Shown here: one piece after another, positions 12,273-24,981 of the stretch | Numbering within the stretch: position 1 is the stretch's first letter | Layout: each line of letters starts with the position of its first letter | DNA from: Eledone cirrhosa | Lineage: Eukaryota | Length of the DNA stretch: 64,000 nucleotides | Assembly (NCBI GenBank): GCA_964016885.1 | Contig: OZ024741.1 | Coordinates: forward strand, 332,382,001-332,446,000 | Reading direction: 5' to 3' | Position numbers and translations under genes: made by a program | Notes under the pieces: model-generated | Told to the model about the DNA's origin: nothing | What the model saw: only the letters and a program-made list of their open reading frames with translations | Databases searched by the model: none

Positions 12273-15052
12273 CATCATCATCATCATCATCAACGTTTAA
12301 CGTCCGTGTTCCATGCTTGCATGGGTTTGGACGGGGGTAGTCCCACTTGAGGCAAGAGTGATTGTCTTGCTCGCATAGGACTGTCTGGCAGGTTTTCTAC
12401 AGTTGGATGCCCTTCCTAACACCAACCACATTTACAGTGTGGGTCTGGGAGGTTTTTACCGTGTTGCCTACACGGCCACATTACAGCGTGGACTGTGTGT
12501 TTTTTTGTCGTGACACCTACACGATCTCATTTGTTTCGGCCTCGATGGCGCGGCACCAACATAACTTTACATAGAACGGGGTGGTGTGGATCGGGTGGGG
12601 GTGGTGGTGGTGGGACGGGGTGTATTTTGTTAGAGATGCCTACTGGCTGGAGTAGGTTTTACTATATATTTAGGTAAGGCGGGTCTTCTCTGTTACTGAG
12701 TACCGCCAAAGGTCTCGGTCCAGTGACATTGTCTTGGAGAGGTGTAAGTGTGTGATGTCGGAGTTTATCAGCTCGTCCCAGGTTTTTCTAGGTCTGCCTA
12801 TTCCGTGACTACCGTCTATCTTTATTGCCCTGCACTTTGTTATACAGCTATCGACTTTCATGCGCATCACGTGTCCATACCAACGTAGCCTTCTCTCGAG
12901 TAAACAACATCTGATCCCTCTTATCTCTAATTTTTTCCTTAGTTCGTTTATGCTTTGCCGTTCACGTATATTACTGTTACACATCCAGCGGAGCATGCAA
13001 GCTTCGTTCCTCTCTAGTCTGCGTATATCCTCTGCACACAATGCCCAGGTCTCACTGCCATGCAGCATTGCTGTTCGTATGCAGGCATCGTACAACCTGC
13101 CTTTCATTTTTAGTGAGAACCCTTTAGCAGCTAATAGTGGTATAAGCTCTCTGAACTTTTTCCAACCAGTTCTGACTCTAGCTACAGTACTTTCAGAGCA
13201 CCCTCCCCCACTGCTGATTTTATCGCCCAGGTAACGGAAGCTGTCCACTATTTCTATAGAACCCTCTGCGCAATTGAAAGAGCTAGTAGTTTGTGGGCAC
13301 TTGCTGCTACTTATTGCACCAGAGCACCGGCCACATGTAAAATCTATGTTCTTAGTTAGCTTACCTGTGATCCCACTACATCTTTTATGCACCCATACTT
13401 TGCATTTAGGACATAAAATGGAGTTTCTACCTACGCCTTTCCTACACACCGAGCACGACCATTTCCCAGAAGGGACCGCTGCCTTGTTTTCTTTCCTACA
13501 AACTAGTACTTTGGTCTTAGCCAGGTTAATTTTAAGTCCTTTTGACTCTAGGCCGTGCTTCCATGTTTGGAATTTCTTCTCTAGCTCGGCCATTGATTCC
13601 GCTATGAGTGTCAGGTCGTCTGCGTATAGGAGTTCCCATGGGCAGCCTGTCTTGAACTCCTCTGTTATAGCCTGAAGGGCAATAATAAATAGTAGTGGAC
13701 TGAGAACAGAGCCCTGATGGACGCCAACTTTTACGCTAAACTCTTCACTATATTCGTTGTTAATTCTAACCTTGCTGACTGTTTCTTTATACATGGCTTG
13801 TATAGCCCTCACAAGCCATTCGTCAACGCCTAGTTTTCTAAGAGCCCACCAGATAATGGAGCGGGGGACTCTGTCGAAGGCTTTCTCCAAGTCGACAAAA
13901 GCTAAGTAGAGGGGTTTACCTTTAGCTAGGTACTTCTCCTGTAGTTGTCGTACTATGAAAAGAGCGTCTGTGGTACTTTTGCCTGACACAAACCCGAACT
14001 GCATTTCATCTAGGTCAATTCTCTCTCTGATTAGTTGCGCTATTACTTTTTCCGTGACCTTCATGACCTGGTCGATTAATTTAATGCCTCTATAGTTACT
14101 CCTATCTAGGGCGTCTCCTTTACCCTTATAACAGTTAACGATGATGCTGCTATGCCAGTCCTTCGGAACAACCCCATTCTGTACGACTTGGTTAACTATG
14201 CGGGTGACCATGGTGTGTCCCACCGTGCCAGATGCCTTCAGCATCTCAGCAACTATTTCCGAAGGCCCAGCCGCCTTACCAGTCTTCATATCCTTGATTG
14301 CCTTACTTATTATACTCCCCTCGACTAACACTGCTGGTCCCTCTATTGGGTCGATATGGGGGAGACTGCCTTTCTCCCAATTATTCTCCTCATTTAGTAG
14401 CCTTTCATAGTGACACTTCCAAGCTACCTTCTTATCAGCGTCGGTGATGGCAAGTGTGCCATCGTCGTTTAGTACACACTTCTCCCCGACAATATCACGG
14501 TTTTCCTTGACGCATTGCCTAGCAATCCTGAACACCTCACGTTTTTGGTCATCGCGTTGTAGAACATGCTTGAACTTTCTTTCCTCAGCTTCCCTTCTTG
14601 CTAAGTACACTTGTCTCCTAGCTTCCCTCCTGGCCACTTGATAGTCCTCTCTACTTCCCCCATCCCGCCATACTTTCCAAGCCTGCTTTTTGGCCTTAAT
14701 TGACCCCTCCACCTTACTGTTCCACCACCATGTTACTCTCCTCCTGCCTACAGGCCTGCTCCAGCCACAGACCTCGTCTGTCGCCAACAGCAGGTTTGCT
14801 TTCAGAAATTCCCACTCTCCCTCTATATTGTCCGACTCTAAATGTTCTTCCTTACTGTCGAAAGCATCAAGTAATATGCTTTGAAATTTATTCCTGGCTG
14901 TGGGGTCCTTTAGCTTCCATATTTTCCTCCTGAGGATAGTCCTCTTCTGTTGTCGAGTACGTCTCGTCCTGACTATGAGGTCGCTAATTATCAGTCTATG
15001 TTGGGAGGTGCATTCTTCATGGGGGAGGGATTTAGTGTTAACAACAGACACT
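12273..15052 (-). mobile_element. RTE-clade LINE, 5'-truncated young copy 1 with ~400-nt 3' UTR and (GAT)n tail
   Basis: Uninterrupted ORF2 followed by a UTR ending cccatgcaagcatggaacacggacgttaaacgttgatgatgat. Confidence 0.95.
12670..15052 (-). CDS. RTE ORF2 (AP-endonuclease C-terminal remnant + reverse transcriptase + PHD-like finger)
   Basis: EECTSQHRL (APE end), KGKGD...[59 protein letters not shown]. The ORF start at 15159 is spurious microsatellite sequence. Confidence 0.93.
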
Positions 15053-15053
15053 C

Positions 15054-15090
<37 letters not shown>

Positions 15091-15167
15091 ATACATATAT
15101 ACATTTATATATATATATACAATTGTTTTTATTGCATCTTTCATTATGATAAAAAACATTCCATTGC

Positions 15168-15293
<126 letters not shown>

Positions 15294-15309
15294 TATATAT
15301 ATACATATA

Positions 15310-15606
15310 TTATCAACAGCAGCCATGTTATTAATGATCACAACCTTATCAACAAGTATAACAACAACATAATTATCAAAAACTACATTGTCAACAATAA
15401 CAACAACCACATTGTCAACCATAACAACAACCACATTGTCAACAGTAACAACAACCACATTTTCAACAGTAACAACAACCACATTTTCAACAGTAACAAC
15501 AACCACATTGTCAACAGTAACAACAACCACATTGTCAACAATAACAACAACCACATTGTCAACAGTAATAACAACCACATTGTCAACAATATCAACAACT
15601 ACATTG
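15310..15606. repeat. 24-bp minisatellite
   Basis: (acattgtcaacagtaacaacaacc)n, about 10 copies. Confidence 0.9.
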
Positions 15607-15647
15607 TATGTATATATATGTATATATCTCTATATATGTACATGTAC

Positions 15648-15680
<33 letters not shown>

Positions 15681-15744
15681 TGTGTATATACATATATATA
15701 TACTTGTATGTATATATATATGTATATATCTCTATATATGTACA

Positions 15745-15794
<50 letters not shown>

Positions 15795-15850
15795 TGTGTA
15801 TATACATATATATATACTTGTATGTATATATATGTATATATCTCTATATA

Positions 15851-15886
<36 letters not shown>

Positions 15887-17008
15887 CACACACATATATA
15901 ATTAATTGACATGTCACTATTATATCGAAAACCAAAAAGCGAAAAATAAAATAAAATAAACATGTTTTTGATGATATTTTATTGAATTTCAATGTTAGAA
16001 TTAATCATATTTATTAAATGCTTGTGACTGAAAGATTGGAGTGTTTCCTTTCTAGAAACTTCTAGCCCTAGATTTTCACTGTGGCCATCTCCATTACCTC
16101 CAAATGACTCACTGGTATTTTCAGCCAAATCATCATGTTCTCTTGAAATAAGATCTGGTTCTATTGATTAACACTGACAAAAACCTTTTCAACCCTATTG
16201 TAACACCAGGGGTTAACTTTCAACAACTAACTTCACTCTTTTGCAGTTGGATTCACTTTACGTCTGTATGTATCTGTCTGTTCGCACGTGTATGTGTGTG
16301 TGTGTGTGTGGAGGCATGTGTGTCAGTGTTGGTGTTGGTGCATGTGTGTGTGTATATATATGCAACTTTATAAAATTGACATTGTTCTTTGCATATGTCT
16401 GTGCATGTATTTGTGTGTGTGTATGAATGTGTGTGTATGTGTGTATGAATGTGTGTATGTGTTGTTGTGTGTGTGTGTGCGTGTGTGTGCGTGTGAATAC
16501 ATGTAAGTTTATTAAACTGACATTGTGTTCACACACATATCTGTGTAAATGTGTATGTATCTGTGTGCATGTGTCAGTGTGTGCATGTGTTTCTGTGTGT
16601 GTCAGTGTCATGTGTTTCTGTCAGGTGCATGTGTCAATGTGTGTGCATGTTTGTGTCAGAGTGTCTGTGCATATATGTGTGCATATTTGTCAGTGTATGT
16701 CAGTGTGTGTGTATGTATGTGTGATGTGTCTGTGTATGTCAGTGTGTTTGTGTGTATAGATGTAACTTTATAAAACTAACATTGTGTTCAGCAGCATTTA
16801 TCTCCCTTGATACACTGCCAACACCCTGGTTGAAGATGGTTGGACTGAGGAAATCAATAAGATGGGAGTACAAGAAATTTGGCACAAGTCTATGAGAATT
16901 GTTCAGCTGTCTGTTTAACTGTCTTTCTATCAGTTTTCTTCAATTAGTCCGCGTAATTACGTATTGTTTGCAATAGTCAGGCCCAAGTATAACTATTTGT
17001 TTGTGAAG

Positions 17009-17039
<31 letters not shown>

Positions 17040-17236
17040 GTTCGGACACACACATGCATGCATGTATGTATGTCTCTCTCTCTCTCATGTATATATATAT
17101 ATAAAGTGCGCGCTCAGGCACACACATGTATATAGTTATATGTATATGTGTGTGTAATTATATATATATATGCATACATGCTTGTATATACATACATATG
17201 TATGCATATAAATATATATGTACACACATATGAATA

Positions 17237-17277
<41 letters not shown>

Positions 17278-17305
17278 TTCATTTTATATGAACTGAGTAT
17301 GTTTG

Positions 17306-17604
17306 AAATTCTTAGAAAATGTGGAATCCCAAACACAAAAAAGAACTCTAACCACATTTGATTGCTATAAATAATAGCTTCGAATATTGGGCAAAATACC
17401 TATATAGAGTGAAAGAAAGTGGCCAGCTGGTGCTATGGAGAATCAAATTCTGTATCTCTCAAATTTGCTGGGTGCTCTAACAATTGCGCTAAACTATCCC
17501 AGGCAGAGGGGTATTTTACCCCATTTTCTAAGCTATTATTTATAGCAATTGACTGTGGTTACAGTTATTTTCTGTGTTTTGGACTTCTATTTATCTAAGA
17601 ATTT
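17306..17604. repeat. ~95-bp imperfect inverted repeat (MITE-like)
   Basis: ...attgctataaataatagctt..aaaatacc pairs with ggtatttt..aagctattatttatagcaatt... Confidence 0.6.
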
Positions 17605-18069
17605 ATGTTGTGTATGTGTGCATGTCTGTGTGTTTGTGTGTGTGTTTGTGTGTGTATGTATGTGTCTGTGTGTGTGTTATTATGTCTCCTAAGTTAGCAA
17701 TGGGAAGAAAAAAGGATCGATAAAATAAATACCAGACTTGAAAAAAAAAATATCATCATCATCACCGTTTAACATCTATTTTTCCATGTCGGTATGGGTT
17801 AAATGAAAAAACTTGAGTAAAGTTAAAGAAAGTGTTTGTATTTGAGCTTGAAAAAAAAAAAAAAAATAATAATAATAAATAAATAAATAAAATTAATATA
17901 AAAAAAGAATAAAAAAAAACAAAACAACTAAATACTTCTGCTTTTTTGAAAATGTCCTTTTAGATCTCCCTGAATGCTAGACACAATATGATGAATAGAT
18001 TAAAACATTTGCATTGCTGTAGTTATACTGTTTAGTGGATTTCATGTAGTTTTACTGCTTATAATTAAC

Positions 18070-18580
18070 ATATAATACTATACTATATTATATCATACCA
18101 TACAATATACCATACTATACTATACCATGCCATACCATACTATACCATACTATACTATTCTATACCATACCTTACCATACCATGCCATACTATACCATAC
18201 AATTCCATACTATATAACACATCATACCATACTATACCATATACCATACTATACCATAACATACTATACCATACAATTCCATACTATACCATACAATTCC
18301 ATACTATATACCATATCATAGTTCCCCATTCCATATCCCATACCACACCACACCAGATCATATCATCCATATGCCATACCACAATATACCATACCATGCC
18401 ATACCACACCATACAACACCATGCAACAGCATACCATACCATACAGCACCATATGACACAATACCATAATAAGCCATACTATACCAAGCCATACCAAGCC
18501 ATACCATACCATACCATACCATTCCAAACAACACCACACCATGTCATACTATACCATACCCTACCAAGCCATACCATACC
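18070..18580. repeat. Degenerate (ATACC)n pentanucleotide repeat
   Basis: Directly visible in the sequence. Confidence 0.9.
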
Positions 18581-19030
18581 TGGCTTGGTTTGAAGAATTA
18601 AGTCAATCAGAGATACAATAGCATTGAATTTATTTTCTTGGCAGTTGAAAAATAATAATAAATAAATGAGATTAGGAAATTCGAAATTTTTGAAATATAG
18701 TTTCCACAATGCAGATAACTATGATAATAGTTTATAACTATAAATAATAGTTGAATAAATTGGGTAAAGTATTCAATGTGGATAGAGGTGTCTGTGATGA
18801 ATTGAACCCTAAATCTCTTTGATACTAGACAAGGGCATGAACCATTAAGCTTAAGAATCATTGGAAAATCTCCAGGGATATTTAAAAAAAATTTATATAG
18901 TATCTAAAGTTATCAACTATTACTATAGTTAGCTGCATTGTAGTGACTACAATATTTTCAAAATAGTAAATAAATAAATAATAAAATAAAATATCAGGAA
19001 ATATATATGTATATAAATATATATATATAT

Positions 19031-19463
19031 CATCATCATCACCGTTTTACGTCCGTTCTTCCAAGCTAGCATGGGTTAGACGGGTTGTCCTGTTGTGGGC
19101 AATGCCAGGTCGGCTGACCTTGTCTTGCTCATACGGGAACTGATTCTGGCTTGATTTCTACAACTGGATGCCCTTCCTAACACCAATCTCACTTACAGTG
19201 AGTGCTGGGTGCTTTTTTTCCATGGCGCCTACATGTCCACTTTACAGTGTGGGCTGGGCGCTTTTTTGCCATGGCACCTCCACGACCACTTTACAGTGGA
19301 ATGATAGGGACCCCAGTCCTATAATCTCATTTCTACAGCTGAGTAAACTGGAGCAATGTGAAATAAAGTGTCTTGCTCAAGGAAGCAACACCTCACCCGG
19401 TCTGAGAATTGAACTCACAACCTTTCGATTGCAAGCCCAATGCTCTAACCACTAAGCCATGCG
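19031..19463 (-). mobile_element. SINE family B (tRNA head + CORE-like domain + RTE-derived tail), long-tail form
   Basis: On minus: TGGCTTAGTGG A-box, GAGTTCAATTC B-box, ccttgagcaagacactttatttcacattgctccagtttactcagctgtagaaatgag, then a tail matching the RTE 3' UTR. Confidence 0.85.
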
Positions 19464-19559
19464 TCATATATCATCATCATCATCATCATCATTTTACGTC
19501 CGCTTTTCCCTGCTTGCATTTATATATGTATGTATATAAATGTATGTATATCTATCATC

Positions 19560-19881
19560 ATTTCATTTTACGTCCGCTTTTTCCCTGCTTGCAAGGGTGG
19601 GATGGGAACTGATTCTGGCTTGATTTCTACAGCTGGATGCCCTTCCTAACACCAACCTCATTTACAGTGAGTGCTGGGTGCTTTTTTGCCGTGGCACCTC
19701 CACGACCACTTTACAGTGGAATGATAGGGACCCCAGTCCCTATCATCTCATTTCTACAGCTGAGTAAACTGGAGCAATGTGAAATAAAGTGTCTTGCTCA
19801 AGGAAACAACACATCACCCGGTCTGAGAATTGAACTCACAACCTTTCGATTGCAAGGCCAATGCTCTAACCACTAAGCCAT
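19560..19881 (-). mobile_element. SINE family B, short-tail form
   Basis: Same head and core as the long form. The tail ends cccacccttgcaagcagggaaaaagcggacgtaaaatga. Confidence 0.85.
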
Positions 19882-20153
19882 ATATATATAAACAAAAAAA
19901 CTCACAGTCCACGCTGTAATGTAGCCGTGTAGGTAACACAGTAAAAAGTTCCCAGTTCCACACTGTAAATGTGGTTGGTGTTAGGAGGGGCATCCAGCCG
20001 TAGAAAGCCTGCCAGATAGTCCTGTATGATCGAGACACGGTCACCAGACCAACCTTGCCTCAAGTGGCACAACTCCTGTCTAACCCATGCTAGCATGGAA
20101 GATGGACGTTAAACGATGATGATGATATATATATATATATATAAGCAAAAGGA

Positions 20154-20214
20154 TATTTTATCTGATGAGAGCGTACCAAAGTTTTGGTACCCTTGAAATA
20201 TATATTATAGAATA
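20154..20214 (+). ncRNA. Type I hammerhead ribozyme (family P2) in Penelope-like terminal fragment
   Basis: tattttat-CTGATGA-gagcgtaccaaa(gt)tttggtaccctt-GAAA-tatata-TT-atagaata. Confidence 0.7.
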
Positions 20215-20238
20215 AATATGGTTTTATAAATATAGTTT

Positions 20239-22131
20239 CATCATCACATCATCATCACCGTTTTACGTCCGTTCTTCCACGCTAGCATGGGTTAGACGGG
20301 TTGTCCTGTTGTGGGCAGTGTCTGGTCGGCTGACCATGCCTTGCTCATACAGGAACTGATCTGGCTTGATTTCTACAGCTGGATGCCCTTCCTAACACCA
20401 ACCTCATTTACAGTGAGTGCTGGGTGCTTTTTCGTGGCGCCTACACGTCCACTTTACAGTGTGGGCTGGGTGCTTTTTTGCCGTGGCACCTCCACGACCA
20501 CCTTGCGGTGGGGGGGGGGGGGGCATATTGTTTATATGCTTCAGCATGTACCCATGGGAGGTCGGGTACCCTGTATTACTGCGTGACGCCAGAAGTCACG
20601 GTCGTGTGTCATTGACTTTGAGAGGTGTAGTTGGGTAAGGTCGGCTTTTATCACCTCATCCCAAGTCATCTTGGGTCTCCCCACTCCGCGGTTTCCATCA
20701 ACTTCTAGTGCTCTGCACCTTTTTATGCAGCTGTCATCCTTCATACGCATCACATGTCCATACCAGCGTAACCGCCTCTCCTGCACGCAGCATTTGATTC
20801 CTCTTATGCTCAGTCTCTCTCTCAATTCATTTATGCTTTGTCGTTCACGTATATTACTGTTACACATCCATCGGAGCATGCAGGCTTCGTTTCTCTCTAA
20901 TCTACGTAAGTCTTCCACCTTCAGCGCCCAGGTCTCACTACCATGCAACATCGCTGTTCGGATACACGCATCATACAGTCTGCCTTTCATTCTGAGGGAG
21001 AAGCCTTTTGCAGCTAGCAGTGGTAGTAGTTCCCTAAACTTCTTCCATCCCGTTCTTACCCTAGTTATTGTACTTTCTGAGCACCCACCTCCGTTGCTAA
21101 TTCGGTCACCTAGGTAGCAGAAGCTGTCTACTGTTTCTACAGGGCCCTCCCAGAGATTGGTGGTACTTGTTTCCTGTGGCTGTTTGCTTGCTGTTTCAGC
21201 ACAGCTGCTGCATGTGAATCCTACATTCTTAATTAAGCTTCCTGAGATCCCGCTACATCTCTTGTGTACCCATTGTTTGCATTTGGGGCAAAGAATGGAG
21301 TTCCTACCTACACCTTTCCTACATACTGAGCAAGGCCATTTCCCTGAGGGGATCTGGGTTCTGTTTTCTCGTCTACTTATAAGGACCTTAGTCTTTGTCA
21401 TGTTGACTTTGAGGCCCTTTCTCTCTAGTCCCTGCTTCCAGGTTTGGAATTTATTCTCTAGTTCTACCATAGATTCAGCTATGAGTGCGAGGTCATCAGC
21501 ATACAGGAGTTCCCATGGGCATCCGGTCTTAAACTCCTCCGTTATTGCCTGCAGGACTATGATGAACAGGAGAGGGCTAAGAACAGAGCCCTGGTGGACC
21601 CCAACCTGTACGCTAAATTCCTCGCTATACTCATTGCCAATCCTAACTTTGCTGACTGCTCCCCTATACATGGCTTGTACCGCTTTCACAAGCCATTCAT
21701 CTACTCCTAGTTTTCTAAGAGCCCACCAGATTACTGCACGTGGAACTCTGTCAAAGGCTTTCTCAAGGTCGACAAATGCCAAGTAGAGTGGCTTACTTTT
21801 AGCTAGGTACTTTTCCTGTAATTGCCTCACAAGGAAGAGCGCATCAGTGGTGCCTTTCCCTGGAACAAACCCAAATTGCATCTCGTCTATTTTCACCCGG
21901 TCCCTAATCAACTGTGCTATAACTCTTTCTGTTACTTTCATGACCTGGTCCATCAACTTTATACCTCTATAGTTTCCTCTATCTAGTGCATCGCCTTTAC
22001 CTTTGTAGCAGTTGACAATGATGCTACTGCACCAATCTTTTGGTATGGCCCCCTCTAGTATTACCTGGTTAACGATACGTGTGGTTATAGTGTGACCTAC
22101 AGACCCAGATGCCTTCAGCATCTCGGCAGCT
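20239..22131 (-). mobile_element. RTE LINE, 5'-truncated young copy 2
   Basis: Open RT ORF plus ~300-nt UTR and (GAT)n tail. It interrupts the P2 hammerhead element. Confidence 0.95.
20541..22131 (-). CDS. RTE ORF2 reverse transcriptase (5'-truncated) with PHD-like finger
   Basis: [42 protein letters not shown]. Closely similar to copy 1 with no internal stops. Confidence 0.93.
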
Positions 22132-22368
22132 CCCATTTATTAATATCATTTATATATATATTTATTTATTAAAATAACAGATTAAAGTTTAAGAAAAGAA
22201 TCGCTGCTTTCACCCTCAAATAAATATTTGCTCTACGGTTTTATATATTTTATATATATATTATCCTTATCGAGCCCTCTTCAGATTTTAGTCTTCACAT
22301 TTATTATTATTACTATATATATATATATATATAATAAAATATCAAAAGATGGTTAAAAGAGTTCCAAG

Positions 22369-22439
22369 TATTTTATTATGCGCATTTCAAAAACAAGTAT
22401 CATCATGGGATGATACTTGCGTTCTCATCAGATAAAATA
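22369..22439 (-). ncRNA. Type I hammerhead ribozyme (family P1)
   Basis: On minus: tattttat-CTGATGA-gaacgcaagtatcatc(ccat)gatgatacttgttttt-GAAA-tgcgca-TA-ataaaata. Confidence 0.75.
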
Positions 22440-23344
22440 GGGAAACATGACATGAAGCTTAAAAAACACTTGTGATCAGTGAAGTTTTAAATCAACATAT
22501 GAAAAATAAAGTAAGATGGATTTATGAGATTGGGAAAAAAGGAGGGGGGGGGGGGTAGGAGATGGTAAGGAAGAGGAAGAAAGAAAATAAATGATGAAGT
22601 GGGAGGAGTATAGGAAGGAAGGATGAGAGAGGAGGAGAAATGAGTGATAGAGAGAGAGAAAACATTGTTTCACAGAGAGAAATTAAAAAACCGTTGGAAA
22701 ATAATAGATAATTTAAAAAGATTTTGAAATTAAAAGTTAATGAGGTTTATGGATGTTGATGTTTATGATTAAAGAAAAGGAATTAAGACTAGTATTAAAG
22801 GTTTATATATTGAAGGGTTTAATAATATGTGCAAAAAAAAGAATTTATTAATATGTATTATTAGAATAAAAATATTAATGATATTAAGGATATAATGTGA
22901 AAGGAGAAGAATAAATGAATTATGAACTTAGAGGAATTAATTAGGGCTTAAGTTTGTTTTTATGTATTGTAATATGTAAAAGTAAATAATAGGTTTAAAA
23001 CAAGCGTGGAAGGAGAGAAGAAAAAATAAAATTTAAGGAAGAAAAATTCATAACGTCAAAAGGTATATATGTTTACAAAAATTTCTAATGGTAATATTAT
23101 TATGTTATAGCCAAATGGAAAAATGGAAAATGCTGAAGTGAGTAATAATATGAATTGAGAAGTAATTGGGAAGCAAAAGTTACAGATTAACGATTAGAAA
23201 TTAAAAAGAAATAAGGAAAGAAAAGAAAAGGATAAATTGTATAATATAATATACTGAAATAAGGTAGAAAGATGGGTATATTTGTAATAGATATAAAAGC
23301 CTTTGAGAAAAAGAAGATTTTAGACTAAATATGTATTGAGATAT

Positions 23345-23995
23345 TAGCTGTATACTTTATGGAAAGTTCTAAGGGATTTATGCAAGCAGAGCAAGAATAA
23401 ATCCGTACGGCTATTTATTATGGAATTAAAATAAGATATAATGGTAAATTTCTCAGCTAGGCAGAGATTACATGTTCTGCATAGGGAAGAATTATGGTAG
23501 GGAAAGGCGTTGCAAACCTTCCTCCAAGAGATGTTATAGTTAATATTTTTGTCTTTTAAGGACCATATGAGTTCCGAGAGTGCTGTGTTAGTTCTTTTGA
23601 GTTGGTATTTAAAAGACGATTTGGGATTATAAAATCTTGCTTTAAAGGAAGTGGAAGTGGAACCGAAATAGGTAAAATAATTAGTAACAGTTATAACTTA
23701 CATTCATACACTAAGTTTTTGTCGAGACATTGGTTATTAAGAGGACATTTAGATCTAACAGGGCAATTACAATTACGATTAGAGAAATTAACAGAGTTAT
23801 TAACAAGTGACCTAGTATTATTTAAGGAAGGAATTGGATTGGAGAAGTTATTTACGATAGGAACTATAGTTTCCTGATTTAGATTGGTATTATGAACATT
23901 CAACGAAGTTACGTTTGACGTCGTATTTAAATTTACTGAATCTATCCTAGAATTAATGTTGACGTCGGGTATACTACTGCCATTACTATGACGCT
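23345..23995 (-). pseudogene. PLE GIY-YIG endonuclease domain (one frameshift near 23695)
   Basis: CNCPVRSKCPLNNQCLDKNLVYECK / VITVTNYFTYFGSTSTSFKARFYNPKSSF...TALSELIWSLK...ISW...CNLCLAEKFTI...INSRTDLF..CLHK. Confidence 0.85.
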
Positions 23996-24147
23996 CATCC
24001 TTTATTTTCTTTCTTCCTCTTCCTTACCATCTCCTATACCCCCTCCTTTTTTCCCAATCTCATAAATCCATCTTACTTTATTTTTCATATGTTGATTTAA
24101 AACTTCACTGCTCACAAGTGTTTTTTAAGCTTCATATCATGTTTCCC

Positions 24148-24218
24148 TATTTTATCTGATGAGAACGCAAATATCATCCCATGATGATACTTGTTTTTGA
24201 AATGCGCATAATAAAATA
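24148..24218 (+). ncRNA. Type I hammerhead ribozyme (family P1, inverted pLTR copy)
   Basis: Same fold as 22369-22439 with one stem II substitution. Confidence 0.75.
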
Positions 24219-24400
24219 CTTGGAACTCTTTTAACCATCTTTTGATCTTATATTATTTATACTCCAGTCCTATAAACTGTGGAGTGCTACTTATCCGATA
24301 TTTGCATTGCTTTATTGTGCTACAATAAAACTCACCTCCTACATATATATATATATATATATATATACAAATTAGAATTGGAGCTCTGATATATACATCC

Positions 24401-24431
<31 letters not shown>

Positions 24432-24567
24432 AAAGGTAAACAGAAATAACAACACTATCGGTATATGGAAGGAATATATTAGGTTAATGCTTGAAATAGC
24501 AGGAAGAGGGACTTATCATTTCGGATGCTAGTCCTTCATCAGAAGAAAGAATGAGAAATAAGATAGT

Positions 24568-24830
24568 TAGCGTCTATTTTCCACGCTAGCATGGGTTAGA
24601 CGGTTTTATCTCATTATAGGCAAGTTGGGTCAGGTGACCGTGTCTTGCTCATATAGGACACACAGTGAATGTGGTTGGCATTAGGAAGGGTTCCAGCTGT
24701 AGAAATCTAGCCAGAAACAGTTCTGTATGAGCAGGATATGGTCACCTGACCCAACCTGCCCCAAATGGGACAACTTGTCTAACCCATGCTAGCTTGGAAG
24801 GTGGATGTTAAACAACAATGATGATGATGT
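24568..24830. mobile_element. Two RTE/SINE 3' tails in inverted orientation
   Basis: 24568-24660 (minus) pairs with 24720-24810 (plus). Confidence 0.65.
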
Positions 24831-24926
24831 TTATAGATATATGTGTGTATATATATATGCTTTTATATATGTATATATATATACATACATATGTATATGT
24901 ATATATACATACATACATACATATAT

Positions 24927-24981
<55 letters not shown>

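Larger units (their letters stand above)
22330..24343 (-). mobile_element. Penelope-like element (PLE): GIY-YIG ORF remnant, AT-rich 3' UTR, pseudo-LTR and inverted pseudo-LTR
   Basis: ~260-bp inverted repeats at 22340-22597 and 23995-24246, each with a hammerhead, flank a GIY-YIG ORF. Confidence 0.85.

Noticed and set aside
12860-14933. Plus-strand ORFs antisense to the RTE copies (also 20671-21786)
   Set aside because: They are shadow ORFs of the RT coding strand.
15053-15159. N-terminal 35 aa of the 829-aa ORF
   Set aside because: Derived from flanking microsatellite. The LINE is 5'-truncated within the endonuclease domain, so this copy is not autonomous.
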